A stretch of 64,000 nucleotides of DNA from an uncultured delta proteobacterium (GTDB taxonomy: Bacteria; Myxococcota_A; Polyangia; Polyangiales; Polyangiaceae), in the NCBI GenBank assembly GCA_963696385.1, contig CAVOKF010000008.1, forward strand, positions 416,001-480,000. The letters run 5' to 3'. The notes beneath the pieces were generated by a model. The model was not told the origin of the DNA and did no database searches. It saw nothing but the letters and a program-made list of their open reading frames with translations. Positions 28,105-39,256 of this stretch are shown here, piece by piece (the stretch's first letter is position 1; each line of letters begins with the position of its first letter). The position numbers and the translations under genes are program-made.

Positions 28105-28153
28105 GGACAACGCAAGGCCCACGCGGCTATGAGCCGGTCGCGCACGGGTTCGA

Positions 28154-28226
28154 GTCCCCATCGTCTAGAGGCCCAGGACCGCGGCTTTTCACGTCGCTAA
28201 CGGGGGTTCGACTCCCCCTGGGGACG
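28154..28226 (+). tRNA. tRNA-Glu(TTC), CCA not encoded
   Basis: Acceptor GTCCCCA/TGGGGAC, D-arm, anticodon stem GCGGC/GTCGC with loop TTTTCAC, T-arm GGGGG-TTCGACT-CCCCC. Confidence 0.95.
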
Positions 28227-28370
28227 CTTTGCAGTCTCGCACAATTGGCTCCGCCGTGAGTGATCCAACCCGAGCGCTCGTAGCAAGCCGCCCCAGCCGA
28301 CGGCCGCGGCTTTTACGGGCTCGCTACGCGGATGCAGAGGCGGCTCCGACGTGCTCTCTTGACGCGCCGG

Positions 28371-30065
28371 ATGTCACGCTCGGGTGACTCTTCGTCTACG
28401 CCGTCGGGCGCCGTCGCGAACGCCATGCGCATCGCTCGGGGGCACCTCGAAGCCCACCGTTATGCGAACGCGATCACGGCGTTGAAGCAGGCAGCGCTGC
28501 TTGCGCCGAACGATCCGGCGATCCTCCACGAGCTCGGCGTCGCATGCCTCTTCGCGCAGCGTCTGCCCGAGGCGGTCGGCTGGCTGCGCCGTTCGATCGA
28601 GATCGAACCGACGGTCGCGCGCGTGCACTTCGAGCTCGGGATCGCGCTGGCGCAGACCGGCAACGACGACAGCGCTCTCCTGGCGCTGCGCACCGCGACG
28701 GCGCTCGACCCCGAGATCGCCGAGGCGCACGGCCAGGCGGGCGACATCCTGCGCCGCAAGAACCGCTTCGAAGAAGCCGCGTCATCCTACGAGGCTGCCT
28801 TCCAAGCGTCGCCAGCCAGCGCGTACGGCCGGCTCTGCAAGGCCAAGGCGCTCGGCGCTCAGGGTCGAGAGAGCGAGGCCGAGGCGCACCTGAAAGAGGT
28901 CGCCGCTCGGGCCCCCGCGGACGGATCGGACGCGTCCTGGCGCGTGGAAGCCGAGCTCGCACTCGGCCATCTGCTTCTCGAGGCGGGCCGTTTCGGCGAG
29001 GCCGGGGCGGCCTTCGAGCGGTCGATCGAGCTTGCCCCGTGGCAGGCGACGGGGCACTTGGGCCTCGTCACGTCAAAAAAGATGACCGACGACGACAGGC
29101 CCATCGTGGAGCGGGTCGTCAAGCGCCTCGAACGAAACGACCTTACGGATCGCCAGCGGATGATGCTGCACTTCGCCGCGGGCAAGGCGCTCGACGATCT
29201 GGGCGATTACGGCGCGGCGATGGATCACTTCGACGCCGCCAACCGGATCCGACACACGATCGCGCCCTTCGACCGGAACCAGTTTGCGCGCGGCGTCGAC
29301 GCGCTCATCGAGCGGTTCACGCGCGGCTTCTTCGTCGACAACGCCGCCCTCGGGACCGATGAAGAGACACCCGTCTTCGTCCTCGGCATGCCGCGATCCG
29401 GAACGACGCTCATCGAGCGCTTCATCTCGAGTCACCCAGAGGTCGGCGGAGGCGGAGAGCGTAGCTTCTGGAACCAGAATGCCCCGGCCTGGGTCGGCGC
29501 TGCGACCGGCCAAATCGCCGCCCGAGCGGAGAGCCTTCGGGGGAAATACCTCCGCATGCTCCGCGGCATCGCGCCGGACGCTCTACGCGTGACCGACAAG
29601 ATGCCGTTCAACTTCTTGTGGGTGGGCCTGGTGCACGTGCTTTTGCCGAAGGCGCGCATCGTTCATTGCCGCCGCAATCCGGTCGACACCTGCCTGTCGA
29701 TCTATTCGACCTATTTCGCGGAGCATTGGGGCTTCGCGAGCGATCGCGGGGACCTCGCCGCGTACTATCGTCAGTACGCGCGCCTGATGGACCACTGGCG
29801 CACGGTGATCCCCGCCGATCGGATGATCGACGTGGATTACGAGCAGGCGATCGCCGCCCCCGTGGAGACCGCGCGGCAGCTCATTGCGTTCTGCGGCCTC
29901 GAATGGGACCCCGCGTGCCTCCGTCCCGATCGCAACCCCGATGCCGTGCGGACGGCCAGCCGATGGCAGGCGCGCCAGCCCGTTTACCGCACCTCGGTCG
30001 AGCGTTGGCGCAACTACGAGCCGTGGCTCGGCGAGCTGCGGGGGCTTCAGGCGACAAGACCGTGA
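28371..30065 (+). CDS. TPR-repeat sulfotransferase family protein
   Basis: N-terminal TPRs; PAPS-binding FVLGMPRSGTTL; DKMPFNF; RRNPVDTCLS; VRTAS..QARQPVY. Confidence 0.9.
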   Translation: MSRSGDSSSTPSGAVANAMRIARGHLEAHRYANAITALKQAALLAPNDPAILHELGVACLFAQRLPEAVGWLRRSIEIEPTVARVHFELGIALAQTGNDDSALLALRTATALDPEIAEAHGQAGDILRRKNRFEEAASSYEAAFQASPASAYGRLCKAKALGAQGRESEAEAHLKEVAARAPADGSDASWRVEAELALGHLLLEAGRFGEAGAAFERSIELAPWQATGHLGLVTSKKMTDDDRPIVERVVKRLERNDLTDRQRMMLHFAAGKALDDLGDYGAAMDHFDAANRIRHTIAPFDRNQFARGVDALIERFTRGFFVDNAALGTDEETPVFVLGMPRSGTTLIERFISSHPEVGGGGERSFWNQNAPAWVGAATGQIAARAESLRGKYLRMLRGIAPDALRVTDKMPFNFLWVGLVHVLLPKARIVHCRRNPVDTCLSIYSTYFAEHWGFASDRGDLAAYYRQYARLMDHWRTVIPADRMIDVDYEQAIAAPVETARQLIAFCGLEWDPACLRPDRNPDAVRTASRWQARQPVYRTSVERWRNYEPWLGELRGLQATRP

Positions 30066-30097
30066 AGGCACAGATGACGTCGGCCGCGACCGCGACT

Positions 30098-30179
30098 ACC
30101 TCGACCTAACCTCGACCTCGACCTCGACCTCGACCTCGACCTCGACCTCGACCTCGACCTCGACCTAACCTCGACCTCG
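30098..30179. repeat. Hexamer tandem repeat (ACCTCG)n
   Basis: ACCTCG ACCTA (ACCTCG)x9 ACCTA (ACCTCG)x2 between convergent genes. Confidence 0.95.
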
Positions 30180-30182
30180 CGC

Positions 30183-30208
30183 CCGGCCCCTCCCGAAGGA
30201 GAGGCCGG
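30183..30208. terminator. GC-rich hairpin between convergent genes
   Basis: CCGGCC-C-CTCC-CGAA-GGAG-A-GGCCGG. Confidence 0.5.
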
Positions 30209-30240
30209 TGCCGGACACCCGTTCTACGAGGCGTGCGCGC

Positions 30241-32196
30241 TTACCAGTGGTATTGCTGGTCGGCCGGGTGATGGCCGAAGTCGAACTCGTCGGCGAGGTC
30301 GTCGATCGACGGCCCGTTCTGCGGAACATAGGGCAGAGCGTCGCTCGCGATCGGGTTCGGCAGATTGTCGCGGCTGCGGCCCGTGATCGGCGGCAGGCCC
30401 CAGTTCTTCTCGACGAACTTCAGGATCGACACGTGGTCGCCGTAGTCGTGGCTGATGTGACCGCCCGTCGCGTACGGAGACACCGTGATGAGCGGGATGC
30501 GCGTGCCGTCGCCGAAGAAGTCGAGCGGCTGCACGTAGCCGGAGTCCCAGTAGCCGCCGCCCTCGTCGAACGTGATGAAAATGGCGGTGTCCTTCCAGAG
30601 ATCGGGCTGCGCCTGGATCGCCTCGATGATCTTCTTCGTGTAGCCCTCGAAGAGGTCGAGCTTCGACGAGGCCGGGTGGCCGTCGAGCAGACCGCTCGGC
30701 TTGGTGATCGCGAAGGCCGGCAGAAAGCCGCTCGCGATGTCGGAGTACAGATCGGCCAGGTCCTTCAGGTTCGCGCGAGCCGTCGGAGTCCGTCATGATC
30801 GACCTGGTCATACTGGAACGGATTGCAGATGTTGCAGTACTCGTTGCCCGGCTCGTATCCCTCGGGGTCGGCGACGTAGGCGTTGAAGTCCTCGCCGTAG
30901 TAGCGCCACGAGATGTCGTGCGCCATCAAGAGCGTTGCCGATCGTGGGCGTCGTGGCGGGCGACATGGTGAAGGGGTCGACCGTGTCGAGTGTGCCGTCG
31001 CCGAAGTACCCGGGGTTGTAGTTGTTGAGCGAGGTAGTAGTCGTCCTTCTCGCAGTTCGGCTTGATGCCGAGCTCGTTCAGGTAAGCGCTGACTTCCTTC
31101 ACGCCCGGCTGCGTCTCGTCGGCGCAGTTGCTGTAGGTGCCGCCGGAGTAGCCGTCCTGCGTGTACCAGTTGTTCGTGCCGGTCTGCGGATCGGGGTCTT
31201 CGATGTCGAGGGCGGGCGGAACGGTCGCGATTGCCATTGCCGTCGCTGTACCAATCGGCGTCGCCGGTGCCCAGCGCGATATGGTTGGCGCATCGTGCCG
31301 CCCTCGATCGACTGGTGGAAGTTGTCGCTCATCGCGTAGGTGTCCGCGAGGTGCTTGAGGTACGGGGCGTCGCCCTTCTCGATGTTGTAGAAGCCCATGG
31401 ACGCCGACCCCTCTTTGGTGGTGAAGTCGGTGAGCAGATCCGGCGGGGGGCTGCCGTTGGCGCCCGCGCCGACGGTGACCTCGACCCACGGGAACAGGTC
31501 GGAGACGCACCCGGACGGGTTCCACTGCGTCGAGTGATCGAGGCTGCAGTCGAGCTGCTGCCACATCTGGTAAAAGCGGTGAACGGGGCTCGCAGAGTAG
31601 TCGTCGTCCGTGATGCCCGGCGAGAGCTGGAACGGCCCCGGCGCAACCGTCAGCGGGTTCTGCGCGAGGCGAGTGTCGGGCGTGCCGCTCGTCAGGCCCG
31701 TGGCGCCGGTGAGGAGCTTCGGAATGTAGTCGGCCGGCAGCGCGAGGCTTTCGGACGACTCGGCCTGGGCGAGCGACGACACGTACGGTGTCGTCGGGCC
31801 GCCGGCCGTGACGGGCGGCAGGACCGTGTACGGCGTCTGCTCCGGCGGGCTCAGCTCGAACGTGTCCGGGGGCGAGTCGACCGCGCTCTTCTGGATCGCG
31901 AGAGAGAAGTTCGGACCCGGCGATCCGTCCTCTTTGACGATTCCCTTCGACAAAATGTTGTCGACGCGTTGCCCGTTCTTCGGCTTGTAGGTCCCGAAGA
32001 CGTGATCGAACGATCGGTTCTCACCGATGATGACCAGGACGTGCTTGATGGGCGTCTTGGTCCTGTCGTCGTTCGTGCCCTTCTTGGAGTCCGTCTCCGC
32101 GAACGATGTGTTGGCCGCGGCCGGCGCCGACGGGGCGGCGGCAGCCCCGATCCACCCGAGGCCCGTCAAAATCCACAGAGCTGTCTGCTTACGCAT
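30241..32196 (-). CDS. Phosphoesterase / phospholipase C / AcpA-family phosphatase, broken by six +1 insertions (probably sequencing errors)
   Basis: IKHVLVIIGENRSFDHVFG, YAMSDNFHQ, DGHP, FITFDEGGGYWD, GTRIP, DHVSILKFVE; frame is restored by removing bases near 31290, 31229, 31031, 30929, 30806 and 30786. Confidence 0.85.
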
Positions 32197-32424
32197 GGTT
32201 CGATATCCTCCTCAATGAAAATATGCCAGTTGCTGGGATCGCCCATTCTCGACTCGGCGCCTCCGCATCGCCTACGAGCACTCGTCGTGCCAGACCTCTC
32301 GTATGCCGACTTTCGTATTCGGATCCTGCCGATCCGCGTTACCGACCTCCGAAAGCGCGTAGGCGCAGACCTCCGAATTTCCGATGGCGACCTCCGAATT
32401 CCGGAATCGCCGAGGCTGGCTTCT

Positions 32425-33726
32425 TCAGCGGAACTGCGCGTCCGTCAGCGTCCCCAAAAACGCCACGATGGCGTCGATCTCTGAATCGTCGAGCGCCGGG
32501 GTTCCGCCTCGGCGGCGGTTGTACGGAGCTTTATCCACGTTGACGTTGTCTCGATATTCGGTGGGTATGTCGTCGAATGCGCCGGATTTGTACCAGCGCT
32601 CAGGATGGGTATCCCGCGTCGCATAAAAGGCAATGACGTCTCGAAGTTTGGAAAAAACGCCGTTGTGCATGAAATACTGCCGGACGGCCACGTTGCGCAG
32701 CGACGGCGTTCGGAACCGCCCGCAGAACTCTGCGGTCTTGGCCTTGTAGTCGGCGTCGCCGCGTTCGCAGAGTCCCAGATCGAAGTACTTCGGGTCGCGG
32801 GTCGCCGGCAGCGCGCGATTGCGCGGCGCCGCCACGGCGTCGAATTCGTAATCCGTGAAGAGCGAGGCCTTGGGGTCCGGGGAGCGATCGTTGAGCTTGT
32901 GGCATCCGGAGCAGGCGCCCTTCGCGGGATCCTTGAAGAGCTTGAGGCCCTGCGCTTCGATCGGCGTAAACTGATCGCGGCCGCGAATGCAATCGTCGTA
33001 TCGAGACGAAAACGGCGACATCTCCGGACTCAAGAGATAGGCGTTCACCGCGTCGCCGAGAGCTTTGAGGACGGCATTCGGATCGGGGTCGTCCAGAACC
33101 GAGCCGAACTCCCTCCGGAAATCCGCGGCATACGGGCCCGCGATGGTTGCGGCGATGCGTCCCGCGTCGCCCCCGTTCATCTCGTCGGGGTTCAATAGCG
33201 GCTGCTTCACCAGGTCGACGAGGGAGTCGACCCGGCCGTCCCAGAAGAATCCCGCGTACGCGCCTACGAGCGGAGCGTCCTCCTCCCAGTGAAGGTGGAA
33301 TTTACGAACGAATCGCAGATACAGCGCCGACGGCGTGTTGCGCTTCGCAAAATGATTCGGCCGGCTGCCCAACGCAACGCCGTTGGTCGAACCATGATTG
33401 CCGGCAAAGGCGCGCTTCGGATCGTGGCAGCTGGCGCAACTGGTTCCTTCTGGAACGGAAAGGCGCGGATCGAAGAACAGGGTGCGGCCCAACGACACGC
33501 GCGCGTCACTGGCTTGACCCGAAGGGGTCCCCCCGGCATCGGCCGAGGCAGCGGCCGCCGGATGGGGCTTGTGAGGGCTGGGTGCGGAAGCCGGGGGGCG
33601 AGCGGCCGCGGTCGCCGTAACGAACGCCGATGAAGCGGCCCGAACTCCAAACATCGCGCCGAGCACCACGAGACCGCCGGCGATTGCGGCGCCGACTCGC
33701 TGCCACGCGGTTCGGTGGGGCCTCAT
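32425..33726 (-). CDS. Dihaem cytochrome c peroxidase / MauG family protein (BthA-like)
   Basis: CASCH and CSGCH haem motifs, RNTP, FFWDGR, FRTPSLRNV, FMHNG. Confidence 0.9.
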   Translation of the reverse strand: MRPHRTAWQRVGAAIAGGLVVLGAMFGVRAASSAFVTATAAARPPASAPSPHKPHPAAAASADAGGTPSGQASDARVSLGRTLFFDPRLSVPEGTSCASCHDPKRAFAGNHGSTNGVALGSRPNHFAKRNTPSALYLRFVRKFHLHWEEDAPLVGAYAGFFWDGRVDSLVDLVKQPLLNPDEMNGGDAGRIAATIAGPYAADFRREFGSVLDDPDPNAVLKALGDAVNAYLLSPEMSPFSSRYDDCIRGRDQFTPIEAQGLKLFKDPAKGACSGCHKLNDRSPDPKASLFTDYEFDAVAAPRNRALPATRDPKYFDLGLCERGDADYKAKTAEFCGRFRTPSLRNVAVRQYFMHNGVFSKLRDVIAFYATRDTHPERWYKSGAFDDIPTEYRDNVNVDKAPYNRRRGGTPALDDSEIDAIVAFLGTLTDAQFR

Positions 33727-34061
33727 CCACGGTCGGCTTCTAGCAATGGTGAGAAGGGACCAAGTGACGATTTGGCAAAAGCGCGGTTGCCATCGTGTTC
33801 GACGAACGTGTTCCTAGCGTCGATGCGGCGGGGCGCTCCTCGCGGGGAGCCTCCGGGCCTCGCGAAACCTCGTGACGTGGCGCAGCGGCCCTCATGTTCG
33901 CGATCCGCCCGGGTGCCGCTTTGCCGAGCGCGAGCGGGAAAGCGGCAAACCTAGGCTCATCCGTCCAAGGGCATCGCAAGTTTGCACGGGACTTTATTAA
34001 GGCAATACTGCTTGGAATTCGTCGAGACGGCGTAGCGGCCCTCTCGGCGAGAGCCGCCCCC

Positions 34062-34850
34062 ATGCGCCCAAGCCGCCGCCGCATTGTTCCGCCCGCATTC
34101 GTTGTCTGGATCTCTGCGGCGATCCTCGGCGCGTGCGCCGCCGATCCGGGGGACGCGGCGAAACCGGTTCAGGCGAGCGCCCCGGTCGTGCCCGCGATCG
34201 ACTCCGGCAGCCCGATGACGACCGACGAAGATGGCCCCTCTTACGCGGCCGGCGACGGGTCGGCGGCGCCGAGCGGCGACGACGCGACCGCGCCCCTCGA
34301 GAGCGACGCCAGTACGACCGGGGCTCCCGACACGAGCTCCGGCCCCGAGGTCAGTACGACCCCGACGGACGACGCAACGCCGGAAGATGCTCCCACCGCG
34401 ACTCAAGACGCCGGAGCCGAGCCGAGCGATGCGAGCACGACCCCGGCGCGGGATGGCGCATCGGCTCCGGACGCGCGCACCGCGCCCGCCCAGGACGCGG
34501 GCGACGCGACGGCCCCACCGCCGGCGGACGCCGGACCCGGCTGCACGCCCGGAGCGACGGTCGTGGTCCTGATGCCGTCGGGGCCGTGCGGCAACTCGGG
34601 CAACCTCATGCCGGGAAACGGCACACTCGGGGCCGTCTGTGTCGAGTTCCACGGGAGCGTGCCCAACGGCTGGAACGCGTCGAACGCCTCCGGATGCTCG
34701 ATCACCTTGACCGGTGGCGGCACGCCGCAGACCGTGACGGGAAGCGCCGCGATGAGCAATCAGCCGCCCATGCCGGCAGGAGCCAACGGGTACGTCTACT
34801 GGAACCTGACGGCAGGCTGCATCGACTACGCGTCGATTCAATGCTTTTAG
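34062..34850 (+). CDS. Lipoprotein with DA-rich linker and small Cys-containing C-terminal domain
   Basis: Lipobox LGAC; low-complexity linker. Confidence 0.7.
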   Translation: MRPSRRRIVPPAFVVWISAAILGACAADPGDAAKPVQASAPVVPAIDSGSPMTTDEDGPSYAAGDGSAAPSGDDATAPLESDASTTGAPDTSSGPEVSTTPTDDATPEDAPTATQDAGAEPSDASTTPARDGASAPDARTAPAQDAGDATAPPPADAGPGCTPGATVVVLMPSGPCGNSGNLMPGNGTLGAVCVEFHGSVPNGWNASNASGCSITLTGGGTPQTVTGSAAMSNQPPMPAGANGYVYWNLTAGCIDYASIQCF

Positions 34851-34894
34851 GGCGACGCACCCGGACCGCGGCTACGGATTGAGCCAGGGGCGGA

Positions 34895-35938
<1,044 letters not shown>

Positions 35939-36174
35939 GGTTGGCGGTCTCCTTGAGCCGGACCGGCTCGGGAGGGGCGCTAATGCAATGGGTGGACCGT
36001 TCATAAATGCCGTTATTTTGACGCTTCTTGCGCGCGGCTGGGGTCGATTCGACCCTTCCCACGCGGGAAGATCCTGCAGCTTTTCTCGAAAAAAAGGCTG
36101 GAAACGCGTCGAGCTTCGCTTGACCCAGGTGGGACGATGTTGACCCATCCCCCAAAGCAAAATGGGAATACCGA

Positions 36175-36684
36175 TTACTCTGCGCTCGCGCCGGCGGCCG
36201 TTGCCGCGATCGTGTTGCCGTTGGCGTTCGCCGGGGACTGCGCCCCGCGCGGCGCCGTCACGACCGGAGGCTGAATCGGCGTCGCCGCCGAGAATTTGCT
36301 CCAATCCAGCACGACTTGCGTTCCCTTGCGGGCCCGGCGGTCGACCGCGATGGGGGCGACCAGGTTCGCGACCATCCGGGGCTCATCGCGGCTCACGCGG
36401 ACGATGACGAGCAGCGACAGGTCCGCGGGCTTGATGGCGGCCTGTCTCGCACATTCTTCGATATCCGACGCCGTGTAGCCGGGAAGCACCGAGCTGCCCT
36501 CAATCACCGGAAAGGCGAGCGAAGGAGTCGAGAGCGACTGCAACCACGAAATGGCGCTGCCGGAGGCGGGGGCCAAGAGGACGAACTGTCCCTCCTGGGG
36601 AAAGCCGATGATGCCGGTGCTTAGAGTGATTACGCGAGCGTCGTCGATTTCAATTTGTCCAAATCGGGTGCCGGTGATTTGCAT
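36175..36684 (-). CDS. fliW: Flagellar assembly factor FliW
   Basis: [18 protein letters not shown]...[12 protein letters not shown]...G.QVVL. Confidence 0.9.
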   Translation of the reverse strand: MQITGTRFGQIEIDDARVITLSTGIIGFPQEGQFVLLAPASGSAISWLQSLSTPSLAFPVIEGSSVLPGYTASDIEECARQAAIKPADLSLLVIVRVSRDEPRMVANLVAPIAVDRRARKGTQVVLDWSKFSAATPIQPPVVTAPRGAQSPANANGNTIAATAAGASAE

Positions 36685-36920
36685 GACTCTGCCTTCTCTG
36701 TGGGGGCGTTTGGTTCGGACGCGGAACCCTCGATCGAAGTGTCTCCGGCGGCGGTGTTGGCCGCCGCCACCTCGTCGTGCACTTCTCCACGAAGTACGAC
36801 AATTCCGTCCGGAGCTCGAACGGCGAGACGGACACCTCGTTTCGTGACTTCCGCGATCGTAATCTCGACGTCATTCGAGATGACGATCCGCTCACCCACA
36901 CGCCGTTGGATGATGAGCAT
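36630..36920 (-). CDS. csrA: Carbon storage regulator CsrA
   Basis: MLIIQRRVGERIVI...VRLAVRAP..IVVLRGEV; 3' end overlaps the fliW start by 55 nt. Confidence 0.9.
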   Translation of the reverse strand: MLIIQRRVGERIVISNDVEITIAEVTKRGVRLAVRAPDGIVVLRGEVHDEVAAANTAAGDTSIEGSASEPNAPTEKAESCKSPAPDLDKLKSTTLA

Positions 36921-36971
36921 ATCGATGTTCTTGCACGCCGCGCGCCATCGACCGCGCCGCGCGCCCACCGG

Positions 36972-37859
36972 CTAGCCCAGTTGCTGTTGCTCGGTCTGGA
37001 ACATCGACAGGATCTGGCGATTCACGCTGATCGCGCTCTCGTAACTCGTCTGAACCTGCGTGAGTTCCGAGTAAACCGTGGGCGCGTCGGCATCCTGCTC
37101 GTTCGCGAGCGACGTCTGAGCGGTCGTCAGCGCAGTCGCCATCACCTCGCTGCTCGACTGAAGCGTTCCCGCGCTGACGCCCACGTTGACTTGAGCGTCA
37201 ACGACTTGGCTGTTGTCGGCCGTCAGATTGCCGACGGACGACTGAATCGTCGCGACATCGTTGCTCGACAGGGCAGTCGCCAAGTTCTGAAGATCGGCAA
37301 TCACGTTCCGGCCCCCGGCCGCGGTGAAGGCGTCCGCGCCGCTCGCGTTGCTCTGCACGGTGACGCCGTTGGCAATCTCCACCTGGGTCACGCCTGCGTT
37401 GCCGCTGAAATTGCCGTTCGCGTCGAACGGCGGGGTGCTGGTATTCGTCCCCCCGAAGAGGTATCCGTTGGCCCCCTGCGTGTTGGCGAGTCCGATCATC
37501 TGCTGCGCGATCTGGTTCACCTGCGTCGCCGAGTTGGCGCGCGTCGACGCACTCTGACTGCCGTCCGACGCCTCGACCGCGATTTGCTGCGCCTGAACGA
37601 GCAGGGCGGCGGCCGACGACAGAGCGCCGTTGGCCAGGTTCAGGTCGCCCGCGACGGCCGTGACCGCCGAGCTTCGAGCCTGAAGGGTCGAGATCTGGGC
37701 ATTCAAGGAGGAGACGGTCGCGTAGCCCGCGGGGTCGTCGGAGGGCTGGTTGATCTTCAGCCCGGAGGACGCCTCGGCGGTGAGGCCGTACATTTGGCTC
37801 GACGCGCTCGCCTGGCTGGCGAGGGCGTCGTTCAGTTGCATATTGTCGGTGATACGCAT
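36972..37859 (-). CDS. flgL: Hook-associated protein 3 FlgL
   Basis: MRIT...SSGLKINQPSDDP, NGYLFGG; follows flgK. Confidence 0.88.
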   Translation of the reverse strand: MRITDNMQLNDALASQASASSQMYGLTAEASSGLKINQPSDDPAGYATVSSLNAQISTLQARSSAVTAVAGDLNLANGALSSAAALLVQAQQIAVEASDGSQSASTRANSATQVNQIAQQMIGLANTQGANGYLFGGTNTSTPPFDANGNFSGNAGVTQVEIANGVTVQSNASGADAFTAAGGRNVIADLQNLATALSSNDVATIQSSVGNLTADNSQVVDAQVNVGVSAGTLQSSSEVMATALTTAQTSLANEQDADAPTVYSELTQVQTSYESAISVNRQILSMFQTEQQQLG

Positions 37860-39253
37860 TAGTTTGCCGGCATCATATCCATCAGATCAGTGAAAAGCGT
37901 CTGAGCTGTCTGGATCACTTTGGTGGAAGCTTCGTAGGCATTCTGGAACTGGGTCATGTTGGTCATCTCCTGATCGAGGGAGACTCCGCTCACACTGCTG
38001 TTGAGATTCTGTGCTTGCAGGACCATCTGGTCGCGGGTCTGACTCTCGGTGTCCGCCGCCGAGGCCATGTCGCCCACGTTCGACGCGATCGCTGCGAAGG
38101 TCTGGGCGGGCGCCGGTCCGCCGGCCATCGGTTGCGTGCCCAACTGCGACAGAGCCACCGCGCCGTCGTTGCCCCCGGGCAGACCCGCGGCGGTGCTCGA
38201 CGCCGCGATGTAGCTCGGTTGTCCCGCGATGGCGGGATCGACGGCAAACGCCGCCGCCGCTCCGGCGACGGTCGTTGGAGGCGTAAACAGGTCTCGACCC
38301 GTGCCGCCGTCGGTGCCGTATCCCGCCGACTGAACGGCGTTGACGGTCGTCGCGAGATTGTACGCAAACTGGTCGAGCTGACTGGAGACGCTGGGAATGT
38401 CGTTGTTGTGGACCTCGACGATGCCCCCCAGGCTCCCCTGGGTCGTATGGGCGGTGATGTCGACCGACCCGCCGCCCGGCTGCTGGGACAGGACTTGAAT
38501 GTTGCCGCTGCCGTCGAGCCCTACGCTGACCGAAGACGCTTGGTCTCCCGTCACCAGGGCCGTGCCCGACGAGAGCAACGTGTAACTGCCGGACGAGCCT
38601 TGAATGACTTGAGCGCCGATTTCGGTGCTGACTTGGCTGACGAGCGCGTCGCGCTGATCCTCCATGTCGCTCGGATCCGACCCCGCGGCGCTCGCTTGGG
38701 CGATTGAACCGTTCAACTGAGCAATCTGCGAAAGCTGACCGTTGAGCGTCGTCGCGACACCTTGCGCCTGAGTGACCAGAGCGCTGCTCTGGGTCGACAG
38801 TCCCGCCGCCGTGCTCGAAATGTTTTGCGCCAAGCTCGTCGCGCTCTGCAGGACGGCGGCGCGCGTCGCGGTGTCGGAGGGCGCGCTTTCGAGCGCAGTC
38901 AGCGACGAAAAAAACGAATTGACGCTGTCGCCGATGGTGCCGCTGCTCGGCGCAACGATGCTCTGCAGAGCCTGCACGGCCTGGTCGCGTGCGTCCGCGG
39001 CTCCACCGAGCCCCTGCTGGGTCAGCATGTTGGTCTGGGTGAGCGCGCTGTACGAACGGGTGATGCCCGTGACTTGGACGCTGCCCGCGAAGGTGTCGCC
39101 CGTGGCGGTCGTCTCGAGATTGGCGGTCACCTCGGAATACCCCGGGGTGTTCGCGTTCGAGACGTTTTGACTCGTCGCGTCGAGGGCGGCGGTTTGTGCC
39201 GCGAGCCCGTCGGACGCGATGTTGAGCAGACCGGATAGCGACGTCGAGTTCAT
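37859..39253 (-). CDS. flgK: Hook-associated protein 1 FlgK
   Basis: NVSNANTPGYS, SGVSLDQEMTNM..FQ.AY.AS.KVI. Confidence 0.92.
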   Translation of the reverse strand: MNSTSLSGLLNIASDGLAAQTAALDATSQNVSNANTPGYSEVTANLETTATGDTFAGSVQVTGITRSYSALTQTNMLTQQGLGGAADARDQAVQALQSIVAPSSGTIGDSVNSFFSSLTALESAPSDTATRAAVLQSATSLAQNISSTAAGLSTQSSALVTQAQGVATTLNGQLSQIAQLNGSIAQASAAGSDPSDMEDQRDALVSQVSTEIGAQVIQGSSGSYTLLSSGTALVTGDQASSVSVGLDGSGNIQVLSQQPGGGSVDITAHTTQGSLGGIVEVHNNDIPSVSSQLDQFAYNLATTVNAVQSAGYGTDGGTGRDLFTPPTTVAGAAAAFAVDPAIAGQPSYIAASSTAAGLPGGNDGAVALSQLGTQPMAGGPAPAQTFAAIASNVGDMASAADTESQTRDQMVLQAQNLNSSVSGVSLDQEMTNMTQFQNAYEASTKVIQTAQTLFTDLMDMMPAN

Positions 39254-39256
39254 GGC

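Noticed and set aside
28096..28166. Second tRNA-like sequence (GGGTTCGAGTCCC) overlapping the tRNA-Glu 5' end
   Set aside because: T-stem is only 3 bp and there is no proper D-arm or 7-nt anticodon loop; the region reads better as a promoter (TGGACA-N18-TATGAG).
30098..30179. CRISPR array or Ser/Thr-repeat ORF (29884-30168)
   Set aside because: Pure hexamer repeat with no spacers or cas genes; the ORF is an off-frame shadow of the sulfotransferase.
28227..34894. Genomic island integrated at tRNA-Glu
   Set aside because: No integrase, and I found no duplicated tRNA 3' end in the window.
36972..37859. Flagellin (fliC)
   Set aside because: Position after flgK and the SDDP/YLFGG motifs indicate FlgL.
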